The notes beneath the pieces are model-generated. The model was not told where the DNA came from. It did no database searches and saw only the letters and a list, made by a program, of their open reading frames with translations. Below, in pieces: positions 1-10,559 of a stretch of 35,568 bases of DNA (positions are counted from its first letter, which is position 1; every line of letters starts with the position of its first letter). The position numbers and the translations under genes are program-made. Source of the stretch: Octopus bimaculoides (Eukaryota); the NCBI RefSeq assembly GCF_001194135.2, contig NC_068981.1:70117154-70152721 (forward strand). Reading direction: 5' to 3'.

Positions 1-53
<53 letters not shown>
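1..53. repeat. (TG)n microsatellite, runs off the window start
   Basis: Perfect TG dinucleotide run, read directly. Confidence 0.98.
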
Positions 54-56
<3 letters not shown>

Positions 57-2040
57 CTTAGATAGACTTAGATATGTTTCAATCAAAGATTGGTCCAGGC
101 CATGTCTTGCTTAATAGCATCACTTGATAGGATTATCTAAATCCTTTTTTAATTCAAGTTCTGTTTATGTTTCATTCAAGTAGTGAGTTGTTGTTCAGTG
201 AGTTTTATGGGTTGCTTATCTGGTATTCCTTGTAAAAATCTGTCCAGACTCAGTTTAAAGGTGATGGGATCCTTTTCTTCTTTGATCAGTTTTGGGACAA
301 TGTTAAACAGGGCAGAACCTGTGGAGGAAAAGAAATTATGTCGCAGTGTACCTATATATTGTGATCCTGAATTGGGAAGGTCACGTATGGCCCGTGGTCC
401 TAGCCTTGGATCAACCTTGAAACTAATGTTCAGGTTTTTTGGGCAATGCTGGAAGTATACTCTTCACATCGTACAGATGATGTACAGCTCGAGGCGGCGC
501 TGGAGAGAGAAGAGATTCAAGGCTTTAAGGCGATCCCAGGAATCGAGATCACTCATGCCTTCAGTTCGTGAAGTGAGTGTCCTCTGGGGTGATTCAATCC
601 ACAAGATGTTCTGTTTTGTATGGTGAGACCACAAGGGGCAGCAGTATACGAGGTGTGGCCGTACAAAGGAGAAGAAAAGTGGAATGATGACACCTTGTTT
701 TTTGGACCGGAGTGTTCTTAAGATCTATGAACTCATCCTACGAGCTAAATCGACCTAATCGATGATGTGGGAACTCCAACTGAGATTGTTATCAACAATT
801 CCACCCAGGTCTCTGATATTATTAGATGCCGTGAGCGGTTCCCCTAAAGGAAGAGAATATGGCTGTTTTAGTATAGACTTTCTTCCAAAATGCATCAGCT
901 CAAATTTTACCTCGCTCAGTTGCATTTTGTTCTTGTCTGCCCATTGACTCACAGCATAAAGATCAGACAGGAGTTGAGTTCGGTCTTTTTCTTCATTGAT
1001 GATTTGCTGGAGCTTAGTGTCATCAGCAAACATTTTCACTTTGCGGTGATTTACGACGCTATAAATGTCATTTATACAAATTATAAAGAGGAGCGGGCCC
1101 AAGAGAGTCCCCTGAGGAACACCACTGGTGACTTTTGTTGGGCTTGAGTGGACTCCACCGACCACAACTTCTTGTGTTCTATTCGCCAGAAAATAATTAA
1201 TCTAGTGTAGAATTTTTTCCACGGATTCCAACATTTGCCAATTTTGAGAGTTAGATCAACCGGTCGAACGTTTTACGGAAGTCAAGATATATGACATCAG
1301 AGTTCGAACCTGTTCCCAAGGCTTTAAGTATATCTTCAATATTGTGTAAGAGCTGTGTTAGACAGTCCATGCCACAGCGAAAGCCATGCTGATTTGCATT
1401 TAGGAGTTTGTGGGTCTCCAGGTAGTCAGCTATCCTTGATCTTACCACACTTTCAAACACTTTAGTGATGTGGGAGGTGAGTGAAATTTGGCGATAGTTG
1501 ACTTCGAGGGATCTTTTTTCCCCGTGTGAAAACCGGGATAACAGACTGGAATAGCAGAATTTCTCCTGAGTTTGGTCAGAGGGACTGCAAGTTGGTGTCT
1601 ACATTCCTACGGAGACTAGCAGGGAATCTATCAGGGTTTACAGGATAATAGTATTTGACCTCACTTATTGCTGCTCTGATGTCTGAAGCAGTGAATGTTG
1701 TGTCCGAGATTTTATGCTGGGAATCAACTTCGTTCGCTTCACTTACGTCAATATCAGTGGGATCACTAAAGACAGAGCAGTATTATGTCTGCCGTATTTC
1801 TACTATTTCTTGTGCATCGTGTTTGGGAAGGCTGTTATCATCGATCAGTGACCCAATGGGTGAGACGGTACTATGCTTATTTGCATAACAATATAACACT
1901 TTTGGGTTCTGTTTGATGTTTTTCATTAACTACTGTTCCTCCGCAGCTCTTTGATTTTCAATGGAGGTTTTCATGTCTGTCAGCAGATGAAATGTTTCCA
2001 ACCCCAGCCTTTTCATTGTTGTTGAATGTGAATGTTGTAT
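54..2040 (-). mobile_element. 5'-truncated, decayed CR1/L2-group LINE (ORF2 reverse transcriptase through 3' end)
   Basis: Minus-strand translation gives ORF2 motifs in the expected order: KNIKQNPKVLYCYANK (~1880-1930), NYRQISLTSHITKVFE, NANQHGFR, DVIYLDFRKTFD, VTSGVPQGTLLGPLLF, KMFADDTK (FADD at 1019-1030), NNIRDLG, and C-terminal FKLSLDRFLQGIPDKQP (~205-260). Stops and frameshifts split it across ORFs 1251..1460 and 755..1165. The clade call is from motif recollection. Confidence 0.92.
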
Positions 2041-3103
2041 GTGGGAATATATTTATCGGATATATATAATATCCTGTCTGTGTGTGTGTGTCCTCAATGC
2101 ACGACGCTCAAACCTCTGGATCAATCTGTACCATAATTGGGGTACATGAATAATTTGACATTTGAAAATATAATACGGTATTGATTGATTCTTTTAATTT
2201 TAGTAAAAATAAATAATATTGCTTTATATATAAAAATTCATTTCTTCAAATCGTTTTCCGAACTTCCTGTCTTTGGCGTCCTGACATAGTAACTAAGTTT
2301 CAACGTCCTATATTTGACGTCCTAACCAGCTATTTGCACACACATGTATGTATACAGCGTCACAGCTGTGACCATTTCTGGTAAAGAATTTCAAAAGGTA
2401 CTTACATGTGCGAAAAAAATTTCATACGGACATAGACACCTGTTTCTTGATTTTTCCAACACATATTTAGGACATTTTTGGAACAAGTCGCCTTATTAGC
2501 ACTTGATATTCAGCTGCGATGATTTCAGATGAAAATGAATTTCTAAACGTACTTTAATTGTTTATATTCTTCTCCGGTGGTATAACTACAGATTTCTGCT
2601 CCTTGGAGTTTGGATGATCATAACATTCAGAAAAATAGGATATTTGTTAATGAACGTTTCTACAAATATGTATTATATCACGTAAATTCTGAATAAATAG
2701 AATTGTCGAGAATTGTTTTAGGAGGAGGCGGTGGAAGATTTTCGGAAAGTTCACCGGAATCCACTTCAGTTTGTCTCAACTCTCAGGAAAATGGATACTT
2801 TTGAATGAAATTGTCTAAAAATACACCTCGGTCGATGTACATACCGAGTATGCAAGAAATTTTGGAGAAAACAACTGGAGGTTATTTTTGAGAACTGTTC
2901 GCCACTCGAGGGTGCTTCGGAACAAGTCCTCCATATTTGTTTTTTTTTTCTCCGGTTTGTACACCCACTACACATATTTCGGATATTTTTGGAACAAGTC
3001 ACCTTATTAATATTTCTGTTTTAAATCCAGTGTAATTATAAGTATGTATGTTCATTAATAACATTACATTACTATGACATCACTTTTCACAATTCCTTAC
3101 AGA

Positions 3104-4940
3104 ATGCCACCCAAGAGAAGCGCTGGGCTTTCATGGAAGACCTCTATTGCAACGCGCAAGGCAGTTGCACGTCTTAGAGAGACTGATGAACAACAAAATC
3201 AGAGGGTGTTACAAAACCAGGCCAGGATGCCAACAGATCGGCAAATGGAATCCTCAAAGCATCGTGCTGAGAGGCTAGCAAAACACCAAGCGAGGATGGC
3301 AACTGCACGGCAAATGGAAGATTCAGAGCGTCGTGCTGAGTGGTTTGCCTAAGACAAGGTTATACATGCAGTTGGCCGTAGATCACCACCATCTTCCTGC
3401 TTTTTCTGAGCCCCGTGCTGCTTTCCACTCTGATCGTTCACAAAATACCACAGTGATTCAGTAGTATTGATTAGGTACTTATCTGCTTCGTGTACCCACT
3501 GCCCTACGAAGAAATTTCCTGCTGAGTCTTCTGAGATGTGTTGCTCCAATAGCAAACTGACACTACCCTTGCTTCAACTTCCTCCACAGCCTCTCAAGGA
3601 TTTATAGATAGGTAACGAACCCAATTTGACAGTTTTCCTAAACTAGTTCCGACTGTCATCTTAGCCTTCAAAATGACCTCATTTAGAGCAAGTAAGGAAG
3701 TTGTAGACCCTGGATTTATGCCTACGTTTAAAGTGCTAGAAGTCCATCACCTCATGGGCTCTCTCATGCCACAGCCTAACGATATTTTCATGACATTCAC
3801 TTGCAACATTCCGTGGGATGAAATCAAGGCCCTACTTCTACCAGTACAACGTTCTCACGATAGGCACGACCTCTTCGCACGTGTGTTTCGGCAAAAGCCG
3901 TTGAAGATGTTAACACTTATCACTAAACATTACACCTATGGTGAAACTATTTGCCACATGTACACAGTTGAATAGCAGAAAAGAGGCCTGCCGCATGCCC
4001 ACGTCCTAATCTGGCTTAAAGACAAAATTCATCCAAATCCAATTGATTTCATTATTAGTGCCGGGCTGCTTGACAACACAGAAGACTCCGAACTTTTTGA
4101 AGTCATGAGGACTCAGATGGTGCACGGTCCATGATGCCCTCTCAACAGGAACTCTTCTTGAATGATTGATGGAAAGTGCAGAAAAGGCTACCCTAAGCAA
4201 GTCATTGCCCAAACAGAGATTGGTCATGATTGATACTCGAGCTACAGGCATCGCAAGCCAGGCCAAGGAAGACATAAAGCCATTAACAACGCAATTGAAG
4301 TCAGCGGAACTGAAGTCGACAACAGGTGGATCGCGCTGTATTACTCACTTGTATCAAAGATCTTTAATGCACACGTCAATATTGAGTTTTTTAACTCTGT
4401 GAAAGCCATCCAATGTGTATGCTAGTATGTCAACAAGGGTTCATACATAGGTGTTTTTGGCCTTAAGGAGGTAAACAGGAATGATTAGTTGACATTTTAC
4501 CAGATGGCACGCTCCATCAGCAGCAATGAGGCAGCCTGGAAACTGTTTAACTTACCACTGTATTAATGTCATCCAACTGTTATCTATCTAGCTGTACATC
4601 TAGAGGATGGCAAGCGAGTATACTTTAATCCGGACAATCCACAATGTCTCCAATGGCAACTTGAATTTCCACGTTCAACTACACTGACTGCTTTCTTTCA
4701 ACTTTGTCGCACAGATCCATTTGCTTCGACTCTCTTGTACTAAGAGACCCTCAATATTACACATGGCAATAAAGAACTAAACAATAGACGAGACGTGCAA
4801 TTTCTCAAAATGTTGAAGGGCATCCAGGAATCAAAAGACATTCAGCACTGGGAAGTGTCTACACTGTGTATCCTAAAGATTTTCATTGTTATTTTCTGAG
4901 GCTCTTTTGCACACAGTTCGTAGTCCGAAGCGTATCCTAG
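3104..4940 (+). pseudogene. Helitron RepHel pseudogene (N-terminus, Cys cluster and HUH Rep domain; helicase essentially absent)
   Basis: Motifs in order: MPPKRS (3104), CTHCPTKKFPAESSEMCCSNSKLTLP, MTSF..GFMPTFKV, DIFMTFTCN..W, DRHDLFARVF, VE*QKRGLPHAHVLIWL (HUH 3994-4002), MVHGP, DGKC.KGYPK, VDNRW, NAHVNIEFFNSVKAIQCVC*YVNKG (4381-4440), SSNEAAW, LAVHLEDGKRVYF, TTLTAFFQLC. Many stops and frameshifts. Confidence 0.93.
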
Positions 4941-5401
4941 AGCTGTAGACTTTCAATCGCCATGTCTGTGGCACTTAACGACAGGCTTGCCATTTCCATG
5001 ACTTCCTTGAAGATAGGAGCGCGCACATGCCAGTTCTTCTCAAATTTAAGCATTTTCAGGTTGAATGTGTTTCAAATAAGTACTGACAATTGAAGTTGAT
5101 TGCGAAGACAAACAACTGCTTATTTTAAACAGTTTTAGGTGAGAACATCGGAAAAAAACACGTTATTGACATTAATAGTTTGTACCTCAGCTAATTAAGA
5201 ACTACATAATCCATGTTTGATTTTACTTAAAGATTAAAAAGCCATACTTAAATTTCATTATTTGCAATAACCTGGGAAATACCGAGTTATTAACGTATCA
5301 AGTTGAGATCTTAGTTACTAGGAGGTAAGATCTGCGTAGACTATGTTTCATGTTAGTTAGAGATCTCAAAAGGCATTTTTGAATTTCGTTATTTCCTTTA
5401 A

Positions 5402-5429
5402 CCGGGGAAACTCCGGGTATTTCTGCTAG
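5402..5429 (+). terminator. Helitron 3' termination signal (hairpin plus CTAG); a replication terminator, not a transcription terminator
   Basis: 6-bp stem (one G:T) with an AAA loop, 9 nt upstream of CTAG. Confidence 0.85.
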
Positions 5430-5430
5430 T

Positions 5431-5822
5431 ATATATATGTATATATANNNNNNNNNNNNNNNNNNNNNNNNNNNNNNNNNNNNNNNNNNNNNNNNNNNNN
5501 NNNNNNNNNNNNNNNNNNNNNNNNNNNNNNNNNNNNNNNNNNNNNNNNNNNNNNNNNNNNNNNNNNNNNNNNNNNNNNNNNNNNNNNNNNNNNNNNNNNN
5601 NNNNNNNNNNNNNNNNNNNNNNNNNNNNNNNNNNNNNNNNNNNNNNNNNNNNNNNNNNNNNNNNNNNNNNNNNNNNNNNNNNNNNNNNNNNNNNNNNNNN
5701 NNNNNNNNNNNNNNNNNNNNNNNNNNNNNNNNNNNNNNNNNNNNNNNNNNNNNNNNNNNNNNNNNNNNNNTTTCCTTTAACCGGGGAAACTCCGGGTATT
5801 TCTGCTAGTATATATATGTATG
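5431..5822. repeat. (TA)n run, N gap 5448-5770, and a second copy of the Helitron 3' end (5771-5820)
   Basis: 5392-5441 reappears verbatim at 5771-5820, on the far side of the gap. Confidence 0.8.
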
Positions 5823-7007
5823 TATTGTTTTCGTTAAAACCTTCATCCGTTAGCCAGCAGTTATTAGTTTTATATATATTATATGTATACTTTCTTACAC
5901 TCATTACAGGATTCCATCTACCACAGTGATTATTTCCTTGATGTTAGAAGAAGTGGATTAAACGTCTTTTTCCGTTAAGTTATTATATGCGTGAGAAATG
6001 TTCAGGGTGTTTTGTTGTGTCCAATATTAACTCCTAATTTTTTGTAACACTTAATATTCATGTTTTTTTTTTCAGCAGTTGTGAATTATTATGTGAAGAT
6101 AATTTGCTACCTTAGTATTTATTCTGAATTGCACCAATCTTATTTCTATCTCATCCATTAACTAACTTCACCTGTAGGAAATACCGTATAAATTTCGGGT
6201 TCTTTCTTAATGTTTTCTTAATAAGTTATATTTTATTGTAAGTGGTGCCTTTCCTTGAGCCATTAACTAAACTGACGAATGAAATAAAAGGCCAAGCAGT
6301 ATGAAATCAAATTCTCGCACCTAACTCAATTCGGATAAAAAAAAACAATCCCATTGCGCTATGATGATTGTGATTCCGCTTCAGTAGTTACTAACTCAAC
6401 CATATAATTACTTCATCAGAACATTCATGGACACGATAGCTTCACCCTTCCAATTTAAATTGAACTCTGATGATAACAGTGTAAATATTGGGAGGTTTTA
6501 GTAAAAATGTATGTTAAACCAAGAAGTGTTCATAAAATAGTATATAAATGCGTGTGTGCATTAATAATAAGTCTACAAGAACGTATTTTCATTGCATAAT
6601 TCTGCAAGAACTCTCAGATCACGATGCATTCATTTTCATTCATATTCAATCGAAATATAATAGCCCAAAGGAAATATACTAAAAAACAAAAATAATATAC
6701 ATTACATCAGATGGAGAAATGTATATGTTTCTGGAAAGTATAAACTGAAATGACAAACAGAATCTTCTACGTCCGAAGGATATATAAGCAATATTTGAAT
6801 TGAACTAAGCTATTTACACCTGCATCATTAACTACATATGACAGAAATTTTAAATAAGAAGTTGAAATTTCAGCAAATTGATGTTTTTCCCCCTCAAAGC
6901 GCTTACACAGTTTTGAGTTATGTGCAGCAGCAAATTTAGTTTCAACCTGGGAATGGAGATATATTTTTCAGTAATTCATCTCTACGCCAAAAAATTTGTT
7001 AGTGGTG

Positions 7008-7095
7008 TTAAGTTGATTACATCAACTCCAATACTCGACCCAAATGAAAAGACAACATTAGAAGAATTTGAACTCGTAACGTAACAACGAACGAA
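7008..7095 (-). mobile_element. Degraded, internally deleted fragment of SINE family A
   Basis: gttgattacatcaactccaatactcgaccc...gaatttgaactcgtaacgtaa aligns by eye to the copies at 27895-28068 and 28086-28288, including the minus-strand B-box (gaatttgaac). Confidence 0.6.
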
Positions 7096-7229
7096 AAAAA
7101 AAACAGCAAATTTCCCCGATTTCCACGCCTCTCCATCTTTTGTCAAGTATTTAGTATTAACTCACATAACAAATAAGAACCAGTAGAATTTTAAAATATC
7201 TAAGGCAACGAATTTACAAATTGGATACG

Positions 7230-7307
7230 CAGGCACCCATGCACAAACACACATACTAGTACACACGCACTCATATGCACACCGTGCGCTCTCTCTCTCT
7301 CTCACTA

Positions 7308-7340
<33 letters not shown>

Positions 7341-7345
7341 TACAA
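7230..7345. repeat. Compound (CA)n/(CT)n microsatellite
   Basis: Read directly. Confidence 0.9.
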
Positions 7346-8427
7346 ACTCCCACGTATTGTTGCTTTCTCGTTTTTTTTTAATATTTATTGCAAGAGATAT
7401 CCTTGCGTGGAATAATTGTCTACAGAATTTACGTCCGATAATCACAATTCTTTGTTAGAGTTGCTAGCTCTTTTGTCGCACCTGCATATCTTCATTTCTT
7501 CGATTACGTTATTCAAAATACGCCAGGCTACTCCTCATACTGTGAAACCAAATTTGTGTTTTTTGTGCGCTTCCCACAGAATTTAAGGCTGTTTCTTAGG
7601 AGTGGTCCTTCTAGCCTCGCATAGAGCATTAAGCATCCTCCATTGAACATCCTCCTTTGAAGGTGTTGAGTTTGCTGTAAAAATTTGAAGTGGCAGACTC
7701 TGGTGCTATTCATACATCGGATATGACTCACCGATCTGAGGTGATATTTGATTCTGATGGCCTCAGTTCTTTCGGCTTTGGTCCATTCAAAACTACGAGT
7801 TTGTTGACAAAATCATCCTATTTGATATTCGTAAGTGATCGATGTTTCTGCTGATGAAATCATTCCAGTTTTCAGATGTCTTGACGGTAGAACGTTCTCA
7901 TCTCATAACCGAGATGTGTTGTGTTGGAGATGATAAAGATGAAATATCGAAGGACTGATTTTGGAATAGGTTGTGCAATTATTTATGTTGTTTTAATATA
8001 ATACGCCCATAAGAAATGTCATCTCAGGACAAATACTACAGTAATTGGGCTTATTAAAAGTGTAAATACATCTAGAATTATAATTGATGACCTTTATATT
8101 AAATTCCGTTTCCATTGCGTATACCACACTTTCACACAGCTGGGCGTCATTTAGACATTCGTAATTAGAATATTTCATTAAATATTTCCTATATTGGAAT
8201 GACGAATAATTCATAAGGCTCCAAAAAGTTGAAATGCATCTGTTGATCTGCTGGTTACAGTATGGACGAATTTTCGTCTCCCTAAAATATTTCTTTTGTT
8301 CTGCACATAGCAACATAGCACGTCCACCATAAGTGATGCTGTTATATCACAAGAAAGTTCGCGGAAAAGAGTCTACTGTGAGTGAATACATACTAACTAT
8401 ATGTTGATATANNNNNNNNNNTATATA

Positions 8428-8997
8428 CATAGGCTGCGATGGATAAATTGTTGCCATGTCATATTTTAATGTCGCGCATGCGCATTGATTGTTTTTTAGC
8501 TTGTTGACTACACATTATAGTAGGATTCGGTCTGTGAGAAAGCAGCATCATGGCACAAATCACTCTGCCAGAAATTTGGACATGACATGCTGTACTTCTG
8601 CGACCACATCACCCCTAACATCTGACCACCAAAGTCCCCAGACTGCAACCCCCTCGATTTTATGTGTGCGGTGCAGCTGAGCGAGAGACTGACAAAGCTC
8701 CTCGTAACACCAAAGATGAATTGAAGGCAAGGATTATGACAGAATTGACCAATTTAAACAGGGAGACCGTCCAGAAATGTTGCAGGAGATTCCGATCAAT
8801 AACAATATAGAAAAGATATCCAAGTACATCGAGGCCGTGGTTGATGCCAATGGTGATTTTATTGAATAAATTTACTGTTTAGTATTTCAAGATATTTTTT
8901 TTTATGTAATTTTGGTGAATATATCTGTTAAAATCAGATGTGAGTGTTATTTTCATTTTTGCGTAATTTAGACAATAATATATTCACCGCACATTCT
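8428..8997 (+). mobile_element. Internally deleted Tc1/mariner-superfamily element, maT/DD37D-like, transposase C-terminus only
   Basis: *PPKSPDCNPLDF (8623-8661), then after a frameshift YVCGAAERETDKAPRNTKDELKARIMTELTNLNRETVQKCCRRFR...EAVVDANGDFIE* (stop 8867-8869). Starts after TA at 8426-8427. Degenerate TIRs: ggcaacaatttatccatcgcag (reverse complement of the left end) vs gacaataatatattcaccgcac (8971-8992), 16/22 identical. The DD37D assignment is from recollection of the WPPNSPDCNPLD motif. Confidence 0.8.
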
Positions 8998-9116
8998 TTT
9001 TTTAAAGTCACTTTTATTTCAGTTTATCATGTTTAATATGTGAAAAAATTGAATAAAATTATAATTTTTGTTTATATTTTTATAATTTGTATATTTTTTT
9101 CAACTTTACTTTCATT

Positions 9117-9335
9117 CCTGTTGGATCCCGCTTATCTGTCCATGACAGGTTTTTACAATTTTGTTACAATCATTTCCCTCTACCTCCATCTCTCAGATGG
9201 AGTAATAATTTTACTGAACTGAAAGAACGCATTCAGTTAGTACTGTGGGAGATAAATTCTGAAAAGCTTCAAAATAAGAACAGACTTGAAGTTTGGAGGG
9301 ATATAGGTGGAGAACATGTTGAAAAGTTTCAATAA
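9117..9335 (+). mobile_element. Possible heavily degraded Tc1/mariner-like transposase C-terminus
   Basis: PVGSRLSVHDRFLQ resembles (W)PPRSPDLxPxDFFLW. NNFTELKERIQLVLWEINSEKLQN...GGEHVEKFQ* resembles the ELK..I....I....L......GGHxE C-terminus of ITm transposases. Confidence 0.4.
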
Positions 9336-9849
9336 AGTTTTGACACAAGATTTATACATCTATTTGCTTTGGTATAGTAATTAAGTAATAAACATAACAT
9401 TCTGTCAGTCCCAAAATTATGTCTGTTTACGTATGAAAAACCGCCAGGAACCTTCGTTTCACCATGATTGTGCATTAATATTTAGGGATATGCGAAATGG
9501 AGCAACAAAAACGCACTGAAAAATGGAGTTGATGTTTAAACTGCCGATGTGAATCTAGGTAAATATTCGCCGAGCATTGAATAGTTAATCTTAACAGAGA
9601 AAAGTACACATATACCTTACATAATAGATTTCAAGTTAAACGAATTTTGTTCGGCTGAAAGCATTCAAGAAATCTTTTTAGCTTGAGGCATTTTCAAAAA
9701 TACATGAATAAATATTTTACTTAAAGGTAATAACTGAAAATGCAAAATAATAATACTACTCTCGGGTAACGAGCTATCAAGTAACTGTACCCAAGTTTAC
9801 TGGATACACATATATTCTGTGCACTGTTGTTATTGCTATATCTCAATTC

Positions 9850-9974
9850 TTTGCATATGTGTATATGTGTGCATGGAGAGAGATGCACACATATACAGAG
9901 ATACACATATATATGAGTGCATGCGTGCGTGCATGCGTGCATGTGTGCGTGCGTGTGTTCGTTCGTGCGTCTGT

Positions 9975-10015
<41 letters not shown>

Positions 10016-10105
10016 NNNNNNNNNNNNNNNNNNNNNNNNNNNNNNNNNNNNNNNNNNNNNNNNNNNNNNNNNNNNNNNNNNNNNNNNNNNNNNNNNNNNN
10101 NNNNN

Positions 10106-10133
<28 letters not shown>
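9850..10133. repeat. Compound (TG)n/(TGCG)n/(TGCA)n microsatellite with N gap 10016-10105
   Basis: Read directly. Confidence 0.93.
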
Positions 10134-10136
<3 letters not shown>

Positions 10137-10559
10137 GTGTATTTATCTGTACGATAAAAAATGCGGTTATCGTTTTTGTGAAGAAAGACACATTTCACAT
10201 TGTAAAAATTTCCGCTATGAATTTTAAGAATACAGCACTACATTTCAGTGATTTTTTTTTTTTTTTAATAAGCAGTATTCACTCCATAACTTTCCACCGT
10301 AAAACCGTTGTCGATTAGATTTTCGCTTCAAAATCGTTTTTATCTCCCTTTCTTCTGTACATCTATGTATACAAACACATTCTGTGTCTTTTCAAGTTTT
10401 TGTTTTTATTCTCTGTGCATAACGTCATTTGTATGGATATCTTATATTATATTGTTATCATACGTATCTCAGAATATGTCTCACCGTAGAAATTTCTGAA
10501 TATTTATCCGAAGAAGTTACCATGAAATTTAACAATAAAAAATATTAAAGTCTTGATGA

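Larger units (their letters stand above)
2056..5429 (+). mobile_element. Helitron (rolling-circle DNA transposon), internally deleted, non-autonomous
   Basis: 5' end A^TC (A2055, TC 2056-2057) followed by a TATATATAAT/TGTCTGTGTG leader. 3' end has the GC hairpin CCGGGG-AAA-CTCCGG (5402-5416), then CTAG (5426-5429) and T5430, matching the A^TC...CTRR^T rule. Rep motifs lie inside. Confidence 0.88.

Noticed and set aside
183-626. 147-aa plus-strand ORF
   Set aside because: Antisense shadow of the LINE ORF2 C-terminus.
7681-7836. Short open frame ending at a GTAAGT donor-like site (7831-7836)
   Set aside because: In-frame stop at 7678-7680, no convincing acceptor and no recognisable protein.
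9400-9520. cagtcccaaaattatgtctgttt resembles a mariner 5' TIR
   Set aside because: No partner TIR or transposase motif found.
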